From Octopus bimaculoides (taxonomy: Eukaryota), in contig NC_068983.1 in the NCBI RefSeq assembly GCF_001194135.2, positions 14,083,908 to 14,139,462 on the forward strand: 55,555 nt of DNA, given 5' to 3'. The notes under the pieces are model-generated. The model searched no databases. It was not told where the DNA came from and saw only the letters and a list, made by a program, of their open reading frames with translations. Of this stretch, positions 25,400 to 37,993 are shown piece after piece. Each line of letters starts with the position of its first letter. Position 1 is the first letter of the stretch. A program made the position numbers and the translations under genes.

Positions 25400-25635
25400 G
25401 AATGACGATAAGTATATTGATGATAATGAAGATGATAATAGGAAATGCTTCTGCAGCGGTCGTTACCACTGCTGTTGTTGCTGGTTTTGATGATGGTGAT
25501 GATGATGATGATGATGATGATGGTGATGGTAATGATAATGAAGATAATATGAAAATAATGCTGCCACTGCTAGTGTTGCTGTGTTGCTGTTGCTGGTGTT
25601 GGAAATGGTGATGATAATGATTTGGTGATAATGAT
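25400..25635. repeat. Compound (GAT)n/(GCT/GTT)n trinucleotide low-complexity region
   Basis: gatgatgatgat..., gctgttgttgct... are read directly. Confidence 0.85.
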
Positions 25636-26666
25636 GATTAAGAAAATGGTATTCATTTTTGATATATTTCTTTTTTTTTTTATTGGCAAACACAATACGA
25701 GTAGAATAAAAACTAATTAATCTATATCTTTAAATTGAATGAATAAAGATATACATACATANNNNNNNNNNNNNNNNNNNNNNNNNNNNNNNNNNNNNNN
25801 NNNNNNNNNNNNNNNNNNNNNNNNNNNNNNNNNNNNNNNNNNNNNNNNNNNNNNNNNNNNNNNNNNNNNNNNNNNNNNNNNNNNNNNNNNNNNNNNNNNN
25901 NNNNNNNNNNNNNNNNNNNNNNNNNNNNNNNNNNNNNNNNNNNNNNNNNNNNNNNNNNNNNNNNNNNNNNNNNNNNNNNNNNNNNNNNNNNNNNNNNNNN
26001 NNNNNNNNNNNNNNNNNNNNNNNNNNNNNNNNNNNNNNNNNNNNNNNNNNNNNNNNNNNNNNNNNNNNNNNNNNNNNNNNNNNNNNNNNNNNNNNNNNNN
26101 NNNNNNNNNNNNNNNNNNNNNNNNNNNNNNNNNNNNNNNNNNNNNNNNNNNNNNNNNNNNNNNNNNNNNNNNNNNNNNNNNNNNNNNNNNNNNNNNNNNN
26201 NNNNNNNNNNNNNNNNNNNNNNNNNNNNNNNNNNNNNNNNNNNNNNNNNNNNNNNNNNNNNNNNNNNNNNNNNNNNNNNNNNNNNNNNNNNNNNNNNNNN
26301 NNNNNNNNNNNNNNNNNNNNNNNNNNNNNNNNNNNNNNNNNNNNNNNNNNNNNNNNNNNNNNNNNNNNNNNNNNNNNNNNNNNNNNNNNNNNNNNNNNNN
26401 NNNNNNNNNNNNNNNNNNNNNNNNNNNNNNNNNNNNNNNNNNNNNNNNNNNNNNNNNNNNNNNNNNNNNNNNNNNNNNNNNNNNNNNNNNNNNNNNNNNN
26501 NNNNNNNNNNNNNNNNNNNNNNNNNNNNNNNNNNNNNNNNNNNNNNNNNNNNNNNNNNNNNNNNNNNNNNNNNNNNNNNNNNNNNNNNNNNNNNATTAAG
26601 AAAAACGGAAGATAAAATTTTGTTGACAAAAATTATACTGAAAATTGTTTTAATAGCATCTATAAT

Positions 26667-26720
<54 letters not shown>

Positions 26721-27789
26721 GAATATATATATATATATATATATTCTTCTAATGGTTTCAGTAGTAGAATTGCGGCCATTAACCTGTATATTGAAGATTT
26801 AAATGTGGACTATTGAATTTTATTTCTAAGTATAACAGACATATAGAGTTGCAGTGAAACTAAGAGGGAGATATACCTCGAGGTTCTTGGTTGTGTGTCC
26901 TCGTATTTGTACTCATTACACAGTTTGAACGTTTTTATTTGCCGCCTGAGTCAGCTTAATATTTAAAAATATAGAATATATATCGAAAACATTGAAACAT
27001 TTTCAAATAAACACAGAAGAAACATAGAGCACAGAAATAAAGTGATATATATACAAGAGTCTCATAGTAACATACGGAACATAGGAAGCGTCAAAAATAA
27101 CAAATTTTCATATAGAAAATAATTCGATTGAAAACAATGTTTGGGCAAAGATATATACTGCGTGCCTATGCTCTTCAGTTCAAATTTTTCCAGACATATA
27201 TTTGTCATAATGCACAGTGTACATCATAAACTAATAGAATGTCATTATGATATTTAGCAGCTTAGAAGGGGAATCAATAAATGGTAAGCTTTTAGCCAAC
27301 TATTAGAAATGATCTAATTATAAATCTCACAGAGAGAATTAAGCAGCAGTGTTACGATAAAGCAGGTGTATACTGTTAACTTAATGTGACAGTCCCAATA
27401 AAGGAATCATACTGCTGCTATTTAGCCCTAGGAAGCTGGAATGCTTCCTGTCGGCCTTGACACATTTCCTGTGTCCTTATGTTTACAAAGGGGAGACAAG
27501 CCCCTCCACCCAGTCTAGTCTGCATTCAGGGACATGTTTCTGAGTCATTGTTCTACGTGAGATTTATGATTAGATCATTTCTAATTTTTGTAATCAGTGA
27601 ATGTGTCTTCACTAGAAATATATATATTTGCGAGGATGTGACAAGCATCTTCAGCCAGCTGGTGTTGCTACTTCAGGCTGATGACGAGCATTGCGTGGCC
27701 TCTTGGGTAGATATCATTTTTTTATAGCCCGGAGTCAATCCACACCCAGTGAGAGAAATTAAGTTGATGGAAATTGTATAGACGCCTGT

Positions 27790-27945
27790 TGAGTGTACTT
27801 GCGATTTAAAGGTACAGCTTCGTTACAAACCTGAGAGCAGTGTTAAAGTACACGTCAATGGAATACTCAGCCACTTATACGCTAATTCAACGAACTGGTA
27901 ATTTAGTTGATGCGCAACTGAATTTTCATTATCGAGACCGATAGA
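27790..27945 (+). mobile_element. Old, diverged relative of the SINE family C 3' body
   Basis: gtacacgtcaatggaatactcagccacttatacgctaattcaacga ... gttgatgcgcaactg aligns to gtacacgtgtctgtggagtgctcagccacttgcacgttaatttcacga ... gttgatcggatcaactgg. Confidence 0.55.
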
Positions 27946-28953
27946 GATCTACCCACACGAGAACGCACATACGCACACAGTGTGTATATATGTTTGTTTA
28001 TGTATGTGTATGTGTGCCCGGAGGTTTGTGTGTGCATATGTATATGCGGGCCACCGCAAGACCCGGACGTCTGTGTCCCAATGAATCTTAGAGCTATGCG
28101 AGCGGGGCGCAAGCTCCTGTTAGCGTCTTCCATGTTGGATAGATCAAAGAGAAGAGGTGAGACTATTATGGGCCAACTTTTATCAGGTGTAAAAATGGGT
28201 TTGCATAGGGCCAACACCCCTAGCAAGGAAAAAAAAAATGCAAAGTTACAGAAGTATCGATGACAATTCAAAAACCAACAAAATCTGGGAGAGGACAAAT
28301 GAAAACTCAGCCTAGAATCGAGAACAGAAGAAAGTCATTGGTTACCTATGCTTCAAAGAGAGCGAAGGGCTTAAGAAGTAATCTAAGCAAGCCTCCGTAT
28401 GTTTCCTTATTTATTTATGTGAGCTTATGTGTATGCGTGGCCATACACCTACGTGTGCATGTATGTGTATGTGTACGCAAGTATCTCTATGTGGGTGTTA
28501 AAATGGCGCCATATACATGCTGATTAAGTTCTATTGATTCGTTCAAGAGAAACCTGGCTTTTTATGCGTACGGCCTACAACATTATTATATAATGTTGCT
28601 TCTACTCTAAAAAGAACGTAAAGAACACAAAGGCAATAAATATAGGCACATCTTCGCGTTATGCCTTGCCTACCAATTTTAATTAGATATCCACATAAGC
28701 GCGACAGATTAGGTTTACAAGCATTTCGTGAAATGGCTCTCCGTTGTAAAATCTTAAGTCGAAAGAGAAGGATATCCCATTGTATTTGACGATTACTGTA
28801 CGGCGCTGAAGGTGTTCGTCACTTTTCTCTTCAACGTTATGAGTACATTTATGTGTGCGCCTAACTGGATACGCTTGTGTGTATATGGAAACTGTATGCG
28901 TGTATATGTGTGTGGATGTGTGTATGGATATTACTATATATGTATGAACACAC

Positions 28954-29020
<67 letters not shown>

Positions 29021-29196
29021 CATACACATGCACGCATGCATACTCACTCACATACAACATGTATATGAATAGATTTATACGTGCATGTATATATTGAAAT
29101 CGATCAAGCAATCATCCCTTTGTATATGCACATGCATACATACATGCATGCATGCATACATACATACACACACATACACACATGCACACATACATA

Positions 29197-29228
<32 letters not shown>

Positions 29229-29589
29229 TGTGTATGTAAATACATAAAGCGTTTTCCCGATATATTGTATTATACACGAGGTATTAACTTACTTTCTATT
29301 TATGATTTCCGCTCTTGTAATAGTCTTATATTGTTTTCGTTCGTCCAAGCTTTTGTTACTGCGATATTGGTCTTTACAGAAACATGTCGATAACGATGGT
29401 GATGGTGATGATGTTGATGTTGATGGTGCTGATGCTGATGTTGATGTGGATGCGGATGATGCTGTTGTTTCCTTTACTCACCCCTTTGTTACCATGGTCA
29501 CGTTAATCACTAGGGAAATGTTTCTAGAACCGAACATGTTATATCTATTAATCATTGAACTTGCATCCTGATGGCACCCATGATTCGCC

Positions 29590-30215
29590 CTCTCTCTTCT
29601 TCTCTCTCTCTCTCTGTCTCCTTCTCTCTCTCTCTCTCTGTCTCCTTCTCTCTCTCTCTCTCTGTCTCCTTCTCTCTCTCTCTCTGTCTCCTTCTCACTC
29701 TCTGTCTCCTTCTCACTCTTTGTCTCCTTCTCTCTCTCTGTCTCCTTCTCACTCTCTGTCTCCTTCTCTCTCTCTCTGTCTCCTTCTCTCTCTCTATGTG
29801 TCCTTCTCTCTCTGTGTCTCCTTCTCACTCTTTGTCTCCTTCTCTCTCTCTGTCTCCTTCTCTCTCTCTGTCACCTTCTCTCTCTTTGTCTCCTTCTCTC
29901 TCTCTGTCTCCTTCTCTCTCTCAGTCTCCTTCTCACTCTCTCTGTCTCCTTCTTTCTCTCTTCTTCTCTCTCTCTCTGTCTCCTTCTCTCTCTCTGTCTG
30001 TTTCCTTCTCTCTCTCTCTGTCTCCTTCTCTCTCTATGTCTCCTTCTCTCTCTCTGTCTCCTTCTCTCTCTATGTCTCCTTCTCTCTCTCTGTCTCCTTC
30101 TCTCTCTTTGTCTCCTTCTCACTCTCTCTCTTCTCTCTCTCTCTGTCTCCTTCTCTCTCTCTCTGTTTCCTTCTCTCTCTCTCTGTCTCCTTCTCTCTCT
30201 CTGTCTCCTTCTCTC
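29590..30215. repeat. ~625-bp CT-rich minisatellite, unit about 18-22 nt (ctctctctctgtctcctt)
   Basis: About 30 variant units, nearly pure pyrimidine on the + strand. Confidence 0.95.
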
Positions 30216-30448
30216 TGTTTTACTATTTTTCTTTTTCATTATACGTTCTATCTCTGTTTCTTTTTTTCACTTTCTCTTTTTGTCTCTGCATATCCATGTG
30301 CATACATATATACATACACACCCACGCTGACATACTTACATATATACACACATGCATGCCCATATTTACGGGTGGCTGTGTGGATTGGGTGGGGTTTGAG
30401 TGTGTACGTATGTATGTGTGTACGTATGTATGTATGTATGTATGTATG

Positions 30449-30500
<52 letters not shown>

Positions 30501-30586
30501 TATATATGTATGCATGTATCTATACACATGCTGGAATATCTAAGGTGTATATATACACATACACACTCACACACGCACACACATAG

Positions 30587-30620
<34 letters not shown>

Positions 30621-31168
30621 AATTATACATGCGTATTGACATGCATGAATGCATGTATATGTGCGTCTGAGTGTGTATATGTGTGTATGTGTTTGTGGGT
30701 GTATATGTATATGTATATGTGTGTGTTCCAGATATCGTACAATCTCTTATTCTTATCTATTTTTCTCCTATTCTTTGCTTTTATTATGAGTATCTCACAT
30801 CTCAATATATACTGTATATATTAGCGGAATATTTTCATGTAAGTCATTTATTGATATGAAATTAGCTTCCACTTTGAAGAGGTCTGTCGTTCACTGTAAC
30901 GAGAAAGAACAAAAAAACTGTATGTTAGGCTGGGGATGCACTGATACTATCAAACTATCAATAACAAACCATAACCACGGGTGAGCGTTGATGCACTATA
31001 AGGATACTTACCTCATACTTCATGCTTTACCACCATCTACCTCTCTGGTCATTCTATGATTTTGTGAAAACATTATTTTCTTAGTTTAACTGTACATTTG
31101 TTTTACCGGGAACTTATCTATGCGTTTTGTGCGTCATCCCATTCGCCAGAAGTGACGTTATGTCATAC

Positions 31169-31250
31169 CAGTGGTTCCCAACCTGGGGGCTGCAGATTCC
31201 TGGTGGTCCGCAAAGGTAGTACTGGGTCCGCGAACTAAATTCAAAATTTC
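31169..31250 (+). mobile_element. hAT/Charlie-type DNA transposon terminus
   Basis: CAGTGGTTCCCAACCTGGGGGC...GGTCCGC is a typical Charlie/MER5-like left end. It is truncated by (CA)n and a gap. Confidence 0.6.
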
Positions 31251-32026
31251 ACACACACACACANNNNNNNNNNNNNNNNNNNNNNNNNNNNNNNNNNNNN
31301 NNNNNNNNNNNNNNNNNNNNNNNNNNNNNNNNNNNNNNNNNNNNNNNNNNNNNNNNNNNNNNNATATATATATATATATATATATATTTGTATGTATGTG
31401 TATGTGTATGTGTGTATGTGGGTATCTATATAAAAAAGTGATGATGCAGAAAACGTTAAAGAGTATATATCCACGGTACTTAAGGGCGCAATTAATAACT
31501 GGTCTTTAAATTCCAACATGCTATAACACTGGCAGTAAATCCAGTGGGAGAAGCTTCCATGTATACGCGAAGTCGGCTCAAAAGATCGTTAAGAGAAATG
31601 CATATTTAAAATAAAATAAGAAAAGCAAAATGAGATATATTATGATTCAACTGAGAATAAACTTAATTAATTCTAGAATTACTTAATTAAGCTGTATAAT
31701 CAAAGAATATTAAATTTAATTAAATTAATTTAAAGCAATGCTCATTTCAAATCATCAACAAGCATACCATTAATGCTAGCCTCACACCGTTTATATATAT
31801 AAATTCGTAACGAGAGAAGCAGTGTTAATCCAAAAGGCAATGTTTACATACAACTTAACGTGGATATTTTGCTATTCACTTCTTACCTTCTCATCTCTCC
31901 CTATCCACCCCTGCCCCACTTCTCTCCCATCCTCCCCACACAGTATCTTGACCACCAACTAACACTCCTTGAGAGGTCCAATTTTATGGATGGAAACTGA
32001 AAGCCCGTTGTATATAAACATACGTG

Positions 32027-32057
<31 letters not shown>

Positions 32058-32134
32058 TCGTTATATATATGTAAATATATAAAAACAAAAAGATAAAGAG
32101 AGCAAAAGTAAGGTTGAAGAATTTTATGGATAGA

Positions 32135-32182
32135 GTCTTACAGCTGATTTGGGAAGATCCAGTACTTCCCTTCATCGGAGAC
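32135..32182 (-). ncRNA. Degenerate minimal type I hammerhead ribozyme motif
   Basis: GTCT CCGATGA A GGGAAG tactggat CTTCCC AAAT C AGCT G TA AGAC. Stems I and II and the AGCT palindrome are intact, but the core CUGAUGA and GAAA are mutated. Confidence 0.6.
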
Positions 32183-32634
32183 AGAAAAAATAAAGTAATC
32201 TATTATTATATCCATAGGCGGATATTTTTAGTATGAAGTGGTAAAGAGTGTGATGTGCTGAAAAAAGAGAGAACAGTACTTGAAGTGTAGTTTCATTCCA
32301 GTGGTAAATATCCGTGTAGAAATTCGTGCAAATTAATCCTTATGTGAATAATCCGGAAATTTATGTTGTAACGAGAGTTGATATAGCTTAGGTAGCAGAG
32401 GTATATATATTCCATCTTGCAATAGATTTTTGCTTGTTTACTTTAAGGATGTCCAAGTCAACTAATCGGTATACAGCACTTACTCGGTATTACCTGTATC
32501 CTCCGGGGTTTGGTTAAATCCAATACCCTCCTCAACCTTATATATATATATATATATATCAAACTAAATGAGATAACAGAGCCAAGGCTGTGAGGAGTTT
32601 TCAGGACATTTATAAGTAAAGAGATATAGATATA

Positions 32635-32682
32635 GTCTTACAGCTGTTTCTGGGATATTATGGATATCCCTTCATCAGAGAC
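32635..32682 (-). ncRNA. Minimal type I hammerhead ribozyme motif (PLE-associated), intact catalytic core
   Basis: GTCT CTGATGA A GGGATAT ccata ATATCCC A GAAA C AGCT G TA|AGAC: stem I 4 bp, stem II 7 bp, minimal stem III with palindromic AGCT loop, GUA triplet. Predicted cleavage is between 32639 and 32638. Confidence 0.8.
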
Positions 32683-33852
32683 GATGTGAGATCGTTAAAT
32701 AGAGGTATAAATTTGAGTTCGAAATAAGGAATTATTATGGAAAAGGAGGATATATGGAATATAGAGGGAAATAAGAGAATGAAAGTAGAAATAAAATATA
32801 AAATATTGTAGTTTTAGTTCCATTATCTGAGTAAAGTGGTATATAGAAGTGGTAAAAAAGTTTCCTGTACATGCTATGTAAGTTCCAATAGTAGTTCATG
32901 TTTAGTTATTTCAAAGTACGGAGCCGTGGATTCTGTGTTGCTCATTCGAAGGGGGTTTCGTGGTTTGAATGAAAATTTGAGAATGTATTGGTAGTATTTG
33001 TGGACAGATGGCGGTGGGGAGAGATGTGTGTGATTAGAATGAGGAGATAGGTCTAATTGAAGACAGAAAGAATAAATGAGAAGAAGAAAGTGAGAAAAAA
33101 GCTAAAGGGCAAAAGAGAGAGAAAAAGAGAATGAAAGAAGAGGTGAAGAGTGAAAAAAAATTGAAGAAAGGATGAAAGAAGTGAGAAAAGGAGTGTATAC
33201 ATGTACACATATGTATACATACATACATACAAACACACATATACATATACATATGTATACATATGCATATACATACACATGCATATACACGTGCATGCTC
33301 ACGCGCATGCTCACGCACATCCGTTAATGTATTTATACACGCATATGCGTGCGCAAACATATACACATACAACATGTATACGCACATACATACGGGCAGG
33401 CACACACGCGCTTACACACAGTCACATGCACGCGCGCATACAAGTATTTACGTATACATATATACACATACACGCACTCACTCGTATATATTCGTATATA
33501 CATATGCAGGTACATATACAAAGACACATATACATAGACGCATACACACACACACACATATATATATGTATATATATATGAATACATATATCCACATACA
33601 TATACATACATACATACATAAAAATACTTGCACACATATTTACACACACACACATGTATCCGCTTGTATGTCCATATATGTAGTATCAAATGACTGAGAT
33701 CCTTAAAGTAAGACAGGGGAGTTAAAACAATTAAAGATTAAAAGTTAAAATGGAGATAAAGGAAGGTTAAGTAGGGTTGTTGGTGATTACCTAAGGGGTT
33801 TTGCGGATATATATACATATATATACACGTGTGTTTATGTTTGTTTTGTGTT

Positions 33853-34034
33853 TGCCTACCACCACTGCTTGATAACAGATGCTGGTTAGTTGACGTCATT
33901 GTAACTTAGTGAGTCGGCAAATGAGACCCATAGAATAAGTGTCAGTTTTACAATCAATTTGTTTCACTAAACCCTTGAAGGTAGTGCTCCAGCACCGTCG
34001 CAGTGCCGTGAGTGAAACAAATAAAAGTGAAAAG
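33853..34034 (+). mobile_element. SINE family B, diverged 3' half
   Basis: ccaccactgcttgataacagatgctgg ... gtaacttag ... tagaataagt ... aaggtagtgctccagca ... tgaaacaaataaaag. Confidence 0.75.
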
Positions 34035-34045
34035 ATACAGTAGGT

Positions 34046-34432
34046 TTGTTTTGTTGGCACTCCGTCGCTTACGACGTCGAGGGTTCCAGTTGATCCGATC
34101 AACGGAACAGCCTGCTCATGAAATTAACGTGCAAGTGGCTGAGCACTCCACAGATACGTGTACTCTTAACGTAGTTCTCGGGGATATTCAGCGTGACACA
34201 GTGTGACAAGGCTGGCCCTTTGAATTACAGGCACAACAGAAACAGGAAGTGAGAGTGAGAGAAAGTTGTGGTGAAAGAGTACAGCAGGGTCGCCACCATC
34301 CCCTGCCGGAGCCTCGTGGAGTTTTAGGTGTTTTCGCTCAACAAACACTCACAACGCCCGTTCTGGGTATCGAAACCGCGATCCTATGACCGCGAGTCCG
34401 CTGCCCTAACTTCGGGGCCATTGCGCCTCCAC
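34046..34432 (-). mobile_element. Full-length tRNA-derived SINE family C with 11-bp TSD
   Basis: Minus strand ggaggcgcaatggccccgaagttagggcagcggactcgcggtcataggatcgcggtttcgataccc ... gacggagtgccaacaa. TSD atacagtaggt at 34035-34045 and 34433-34443. Confidence 0.95.
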
Positions 34433-35427
34433 ATACAGTAGGTAGATAGCTTTAATTTGTTTTCCAATCCTTAAAAGTAGTTTTCTAGACTAAAATACTT
34501 CCCCACTCTATATATTTGTACAGACTCTCACAATCAGACGCAAAAATTTTTCTCTAATAATCACACAAATCACAAATATCGACAACTTTGTCACTACCAT
34601 AAACAAACTATAGAATGAAAAACGAGCCTAACCCACGACTTCAATATAACAACTGCATTAACGCCTCACCTTGTTTTGTTAATGACAGGTGCCTATTATA
34701 TGTTGGAAGTTTGCTTTGAAGTTAACTTGCCATCTGACAAAGCTGCAAGAAAAAAAAATTATACTGCTGAACATTATTTTATAAAACGTAATTATTCATA
34801 AAACAAATAGCATTTTTTCCCCATAAATTGGCAGAGTTCCGGAATATGCATCCCCACCCCCGTAACTTCTCATTTATTTTCTTTCCGAAAATTTCTTCAG
34901 ATTTCTACATTTCAAACACAATAGTAATTAATTTAAATTATTAGTGACAAGTGTAGATAAAGAAATATTCATAGATGTTTCTAAAATTCGAAATTAGTTG
35001 AAAAGTTCAAAAGATTGGCTTTAAATACAATTAAATTACAAAATTATATTTCAGTGTAATGATATTTTTTAAACATTGCACTTTTGTTTCAAAGTTGCAG
35101 GTTCCTTGACGTCCACACTTACGTATAGAGCAGAAGTATATTCGGTAACCTTTAACGAGAATAATCGTATTAGTCGAACACAAAATAATGCATATAAGAA
35201 ACAGTAGTAGAGACAAAAGAAAATAATACATCACTGTCACAACATATTCGGAGTAGGAAAAGGAATACCTGTATGTATGTATGTATGCATGCATGCTTGC
35301 ATGTATGTACGCATATTTGTATATATCTATGCGTATATGAATACATGCATATATATATGTATACATGTGTATAGCTATACACACACACACACACACACAC
35401 ACTCACATACACACACACACACACACA

Positions 35428-35467
<40 letters not shown>

Positions 35468-35470
<3 letters not shown>

Positions 35471-36401
35471 TGTAATTTCCATTCTTCATTGAAGATCCTA
35501 TTTTTTTCTCTCAAAGTTCGTTTCAGTTTCTTCGACGTACTTATATGTTGAAAATTGTTTTTATTCAGGAATATCGATAAAAAATAAAAGGATGATAATG
35601 AATTAGTAAGGCCGGCCGCACACCGACCCAGAAAAAAGACGATCTCAGACAAGATACGATAAATCTGCATCTCAAACCATATTCTCAATCGTGAATTTGG
35701 CAATTGTCACTACCATTCTAGAATAAATATCATCTCGATTCTTAATATTCTTTTCTGTAATTAGTACTATTATTTATCATTACCTAATTAATATAGAAAT
35801 CATGTCAAATATCGACGGTTTTCAATCAAAACAATGAGCATTGCTAAAGTCATGACCAAGATTCTAAAAACATGGTTTCAGATGCTGATTGACCGTGTCT
35901 TCTAAGACCGTTTTATCTGGAAGAGTGTGCAGTAGGCCGAACAGAGTAGCAATGAATTCGATCATTGTTACGCATGCACTGGTGAATGTACGCTTTCAAA
36001 TGAGGCTATAACTAACTCAGACTTACAATCTCACAAGTCACTATGAACTTAGTCACGACTACAGTTAACTGAGTAGTACGTAGCGTAGCACTCACTCCCA
36101 TTAGGCAGGCGTGACTGACAAGGAAATGTTGCCTTTATAGCCATGTTGCTTTAAGTTTATATTCATTAGGTTCATAGAAAAATACTTCGAATTTCTAGGT
36201 GTGACATTACTGAACACAGTTATTTTCCCTCTCATCTATATATGTGTGTGTTTATTGTAAATCTATGCATAAAAACTATAGACAAAAAAAAAAGATCAAG
36301 GTCTTAAAAAACATAATATTTACACCAAAGGCTGCAGAAGGCCGCACTTGTTGACCCAGAAGGCTGCATGCAGCCTTGAGGCCGCAGGTTCCCCATTCCT
36401 G
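35468..36401 (-). mobile_element. 5' part of a hAT (Charlie/SPIN-like) transposon: left terminus, leader and transposase N-terminus
   Basis: The minus strand begins caggaatggggaacctgcggcc at 36401. Near 35540-35468 it encodes SKKLKRTLREKNRIFNEEWKLQY, resembling K.RK...E.R.FNEEW...Y at the start of GTF2IRD2-like hAT transposases. It is cut by (CA)n. Confidence 0.7.
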
Positions 36402-36449
36402 AACCAAAATAACAACCACAAATAGCGGATGGCGATCCATCAATCAACC

Positions 36450-37723
36450 AATTGAAATGGTCAGCATATAATAGACTTACCCGAAAATGACATTCTATGC
36501 ATAAATACCCTCATTTCAAACAGAGATTCAATTATCGCTGCCCCAGGTATTTTTAATATCATGCACCAACTCGGCAACATGTTTATAATTAAAATTGGTA
36601 AAACAGCTTCCTAATGTGTTAGGAGTTAGACCTGATCAGTGTATACCATAAATCAGGTTTCGTCTTCGCTTACGCTCCATCAAACGGAAAATTTCAAAGT
36701 ATCCTCTTTATGATTGGACCACTCTCAATAATGAAGGAATTTGTCAATAATACATCATGTTGATCAAAAACAGGTTAAGGTATTGCAAGCAGAAACTGAA
36801 GCCATTCTCCGAATGCAACAAATAACAATTTTCTCACTTCTCATCAATAAACTGCAGAAGATAGATAGGCAGATCAAGCTGAATTTCGATCAGAACTAAA
36901 ATAATCCCCTAAGAATCTTAAGCAATTACTGGGAAGTGCAATCAATTGAATTGTGACACCCAATTAACTTCAACCAAACCTTCTAGAACAAATATCACTA
37001 AATTGAAAAAAAAAAAAAAAAAAATTCTGCAAAATCTTACACTTATGAAGTAAAACAACAGAAATTTATTGAAAGCAAAATAGATTTGAACGTTCATGCA
37101 GCTGCAAATAAACAATCTTCTGTGGCATAGCAAATTGCTAAATGAAATTAATGGCAGTAGAAACACGAATAAGGTGAAACTAAATGCTCCATGTTTGCAG
37201 GAACGACTAAACAAGTGGAAGGAAGATTTACAGAACATTCTTGCTAACCCTGCGCCCAGTTTTTCATATAAACCTACAGAAGGTAATATTAATCATGGTC
37301 TCGACGCAAGATTGGTGCTTTTATATTAGATAAATTCGCTGACTAACTGGTAAGGACGAAAAACAGGGAGACAACTGATATCGATAATACATTAACAGAA
37401 GTTTAGAAGAAAGAAACATTAACATTTCATATCCTCCTTCAGTGCTGTCCAGGAAAATAAATTATAAAAAATTATTGCTGAACTATATTTAGTTAATGTC
37501 CGAGACGATAATTATGAAGTCTCCAAAATGGTTTCAAGAAATATCAATCTATTGAAGGACGGACCTTAAAAGCTAAAAGAGCAACTGAGGCAGTGAAAAA
37601 CCTGAAAGTTGTATTACAACTCAAAAGATTTCGACTCAGCAGATGTAAAGTGGAGAAAGCTCATTTTTATATACAGTACGTTAAGTATTATTATTATTAT
37701 TATCATCATCATCATCATCATCA

Positions 37724-37761
<38 letters not shown>

Positions 37762-37956
37762 GTTATTATTATTATTATTCAGCAGTTTTGTTTTTATAAC
37801 GTGCTTTCACTTCACTACCGAGCGCAGCTCTGTGTGCCTTGGGTATGTGCTGTGGTTTGCTGTGATGCTCTTATGGTTACTGTATTGAAAGTGTTTTGCG
37901 TAGGATGTGTGCAGTGCCCAGTAGTGTAATTTTCTGTATGTTATATATATTTGTAA

Positions 37957-37993
<37 letters not shown>

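Larger units (their letters stand above)
32090..33020 (-). mobile_element. Penelope-like element remnants (two terminal-repeat-like segments plus degenerate GIY-YIG region)
   Basis: Two hammerhead motifs. Minus-strand 33010-32850 gives broken AICPQ...QT..PLRMS..HRIH...GTYIACTGNFF, resembling PLE endonuclease C-termini. Confidence 0.55.

Noticed and set aside
29555-30824. 343-aa and 417-aa Ser/Leu-rich ORFs
   Set aside because: They are translations of the CT minisatellite and (TA)/(TG) repeats, which lack stop codons by composition.
31006-31055. Strong minus-strand donor GAG|gtaagt
   Set aside because: The nearest acceptor gives a 42-nt exon closed in all frames.
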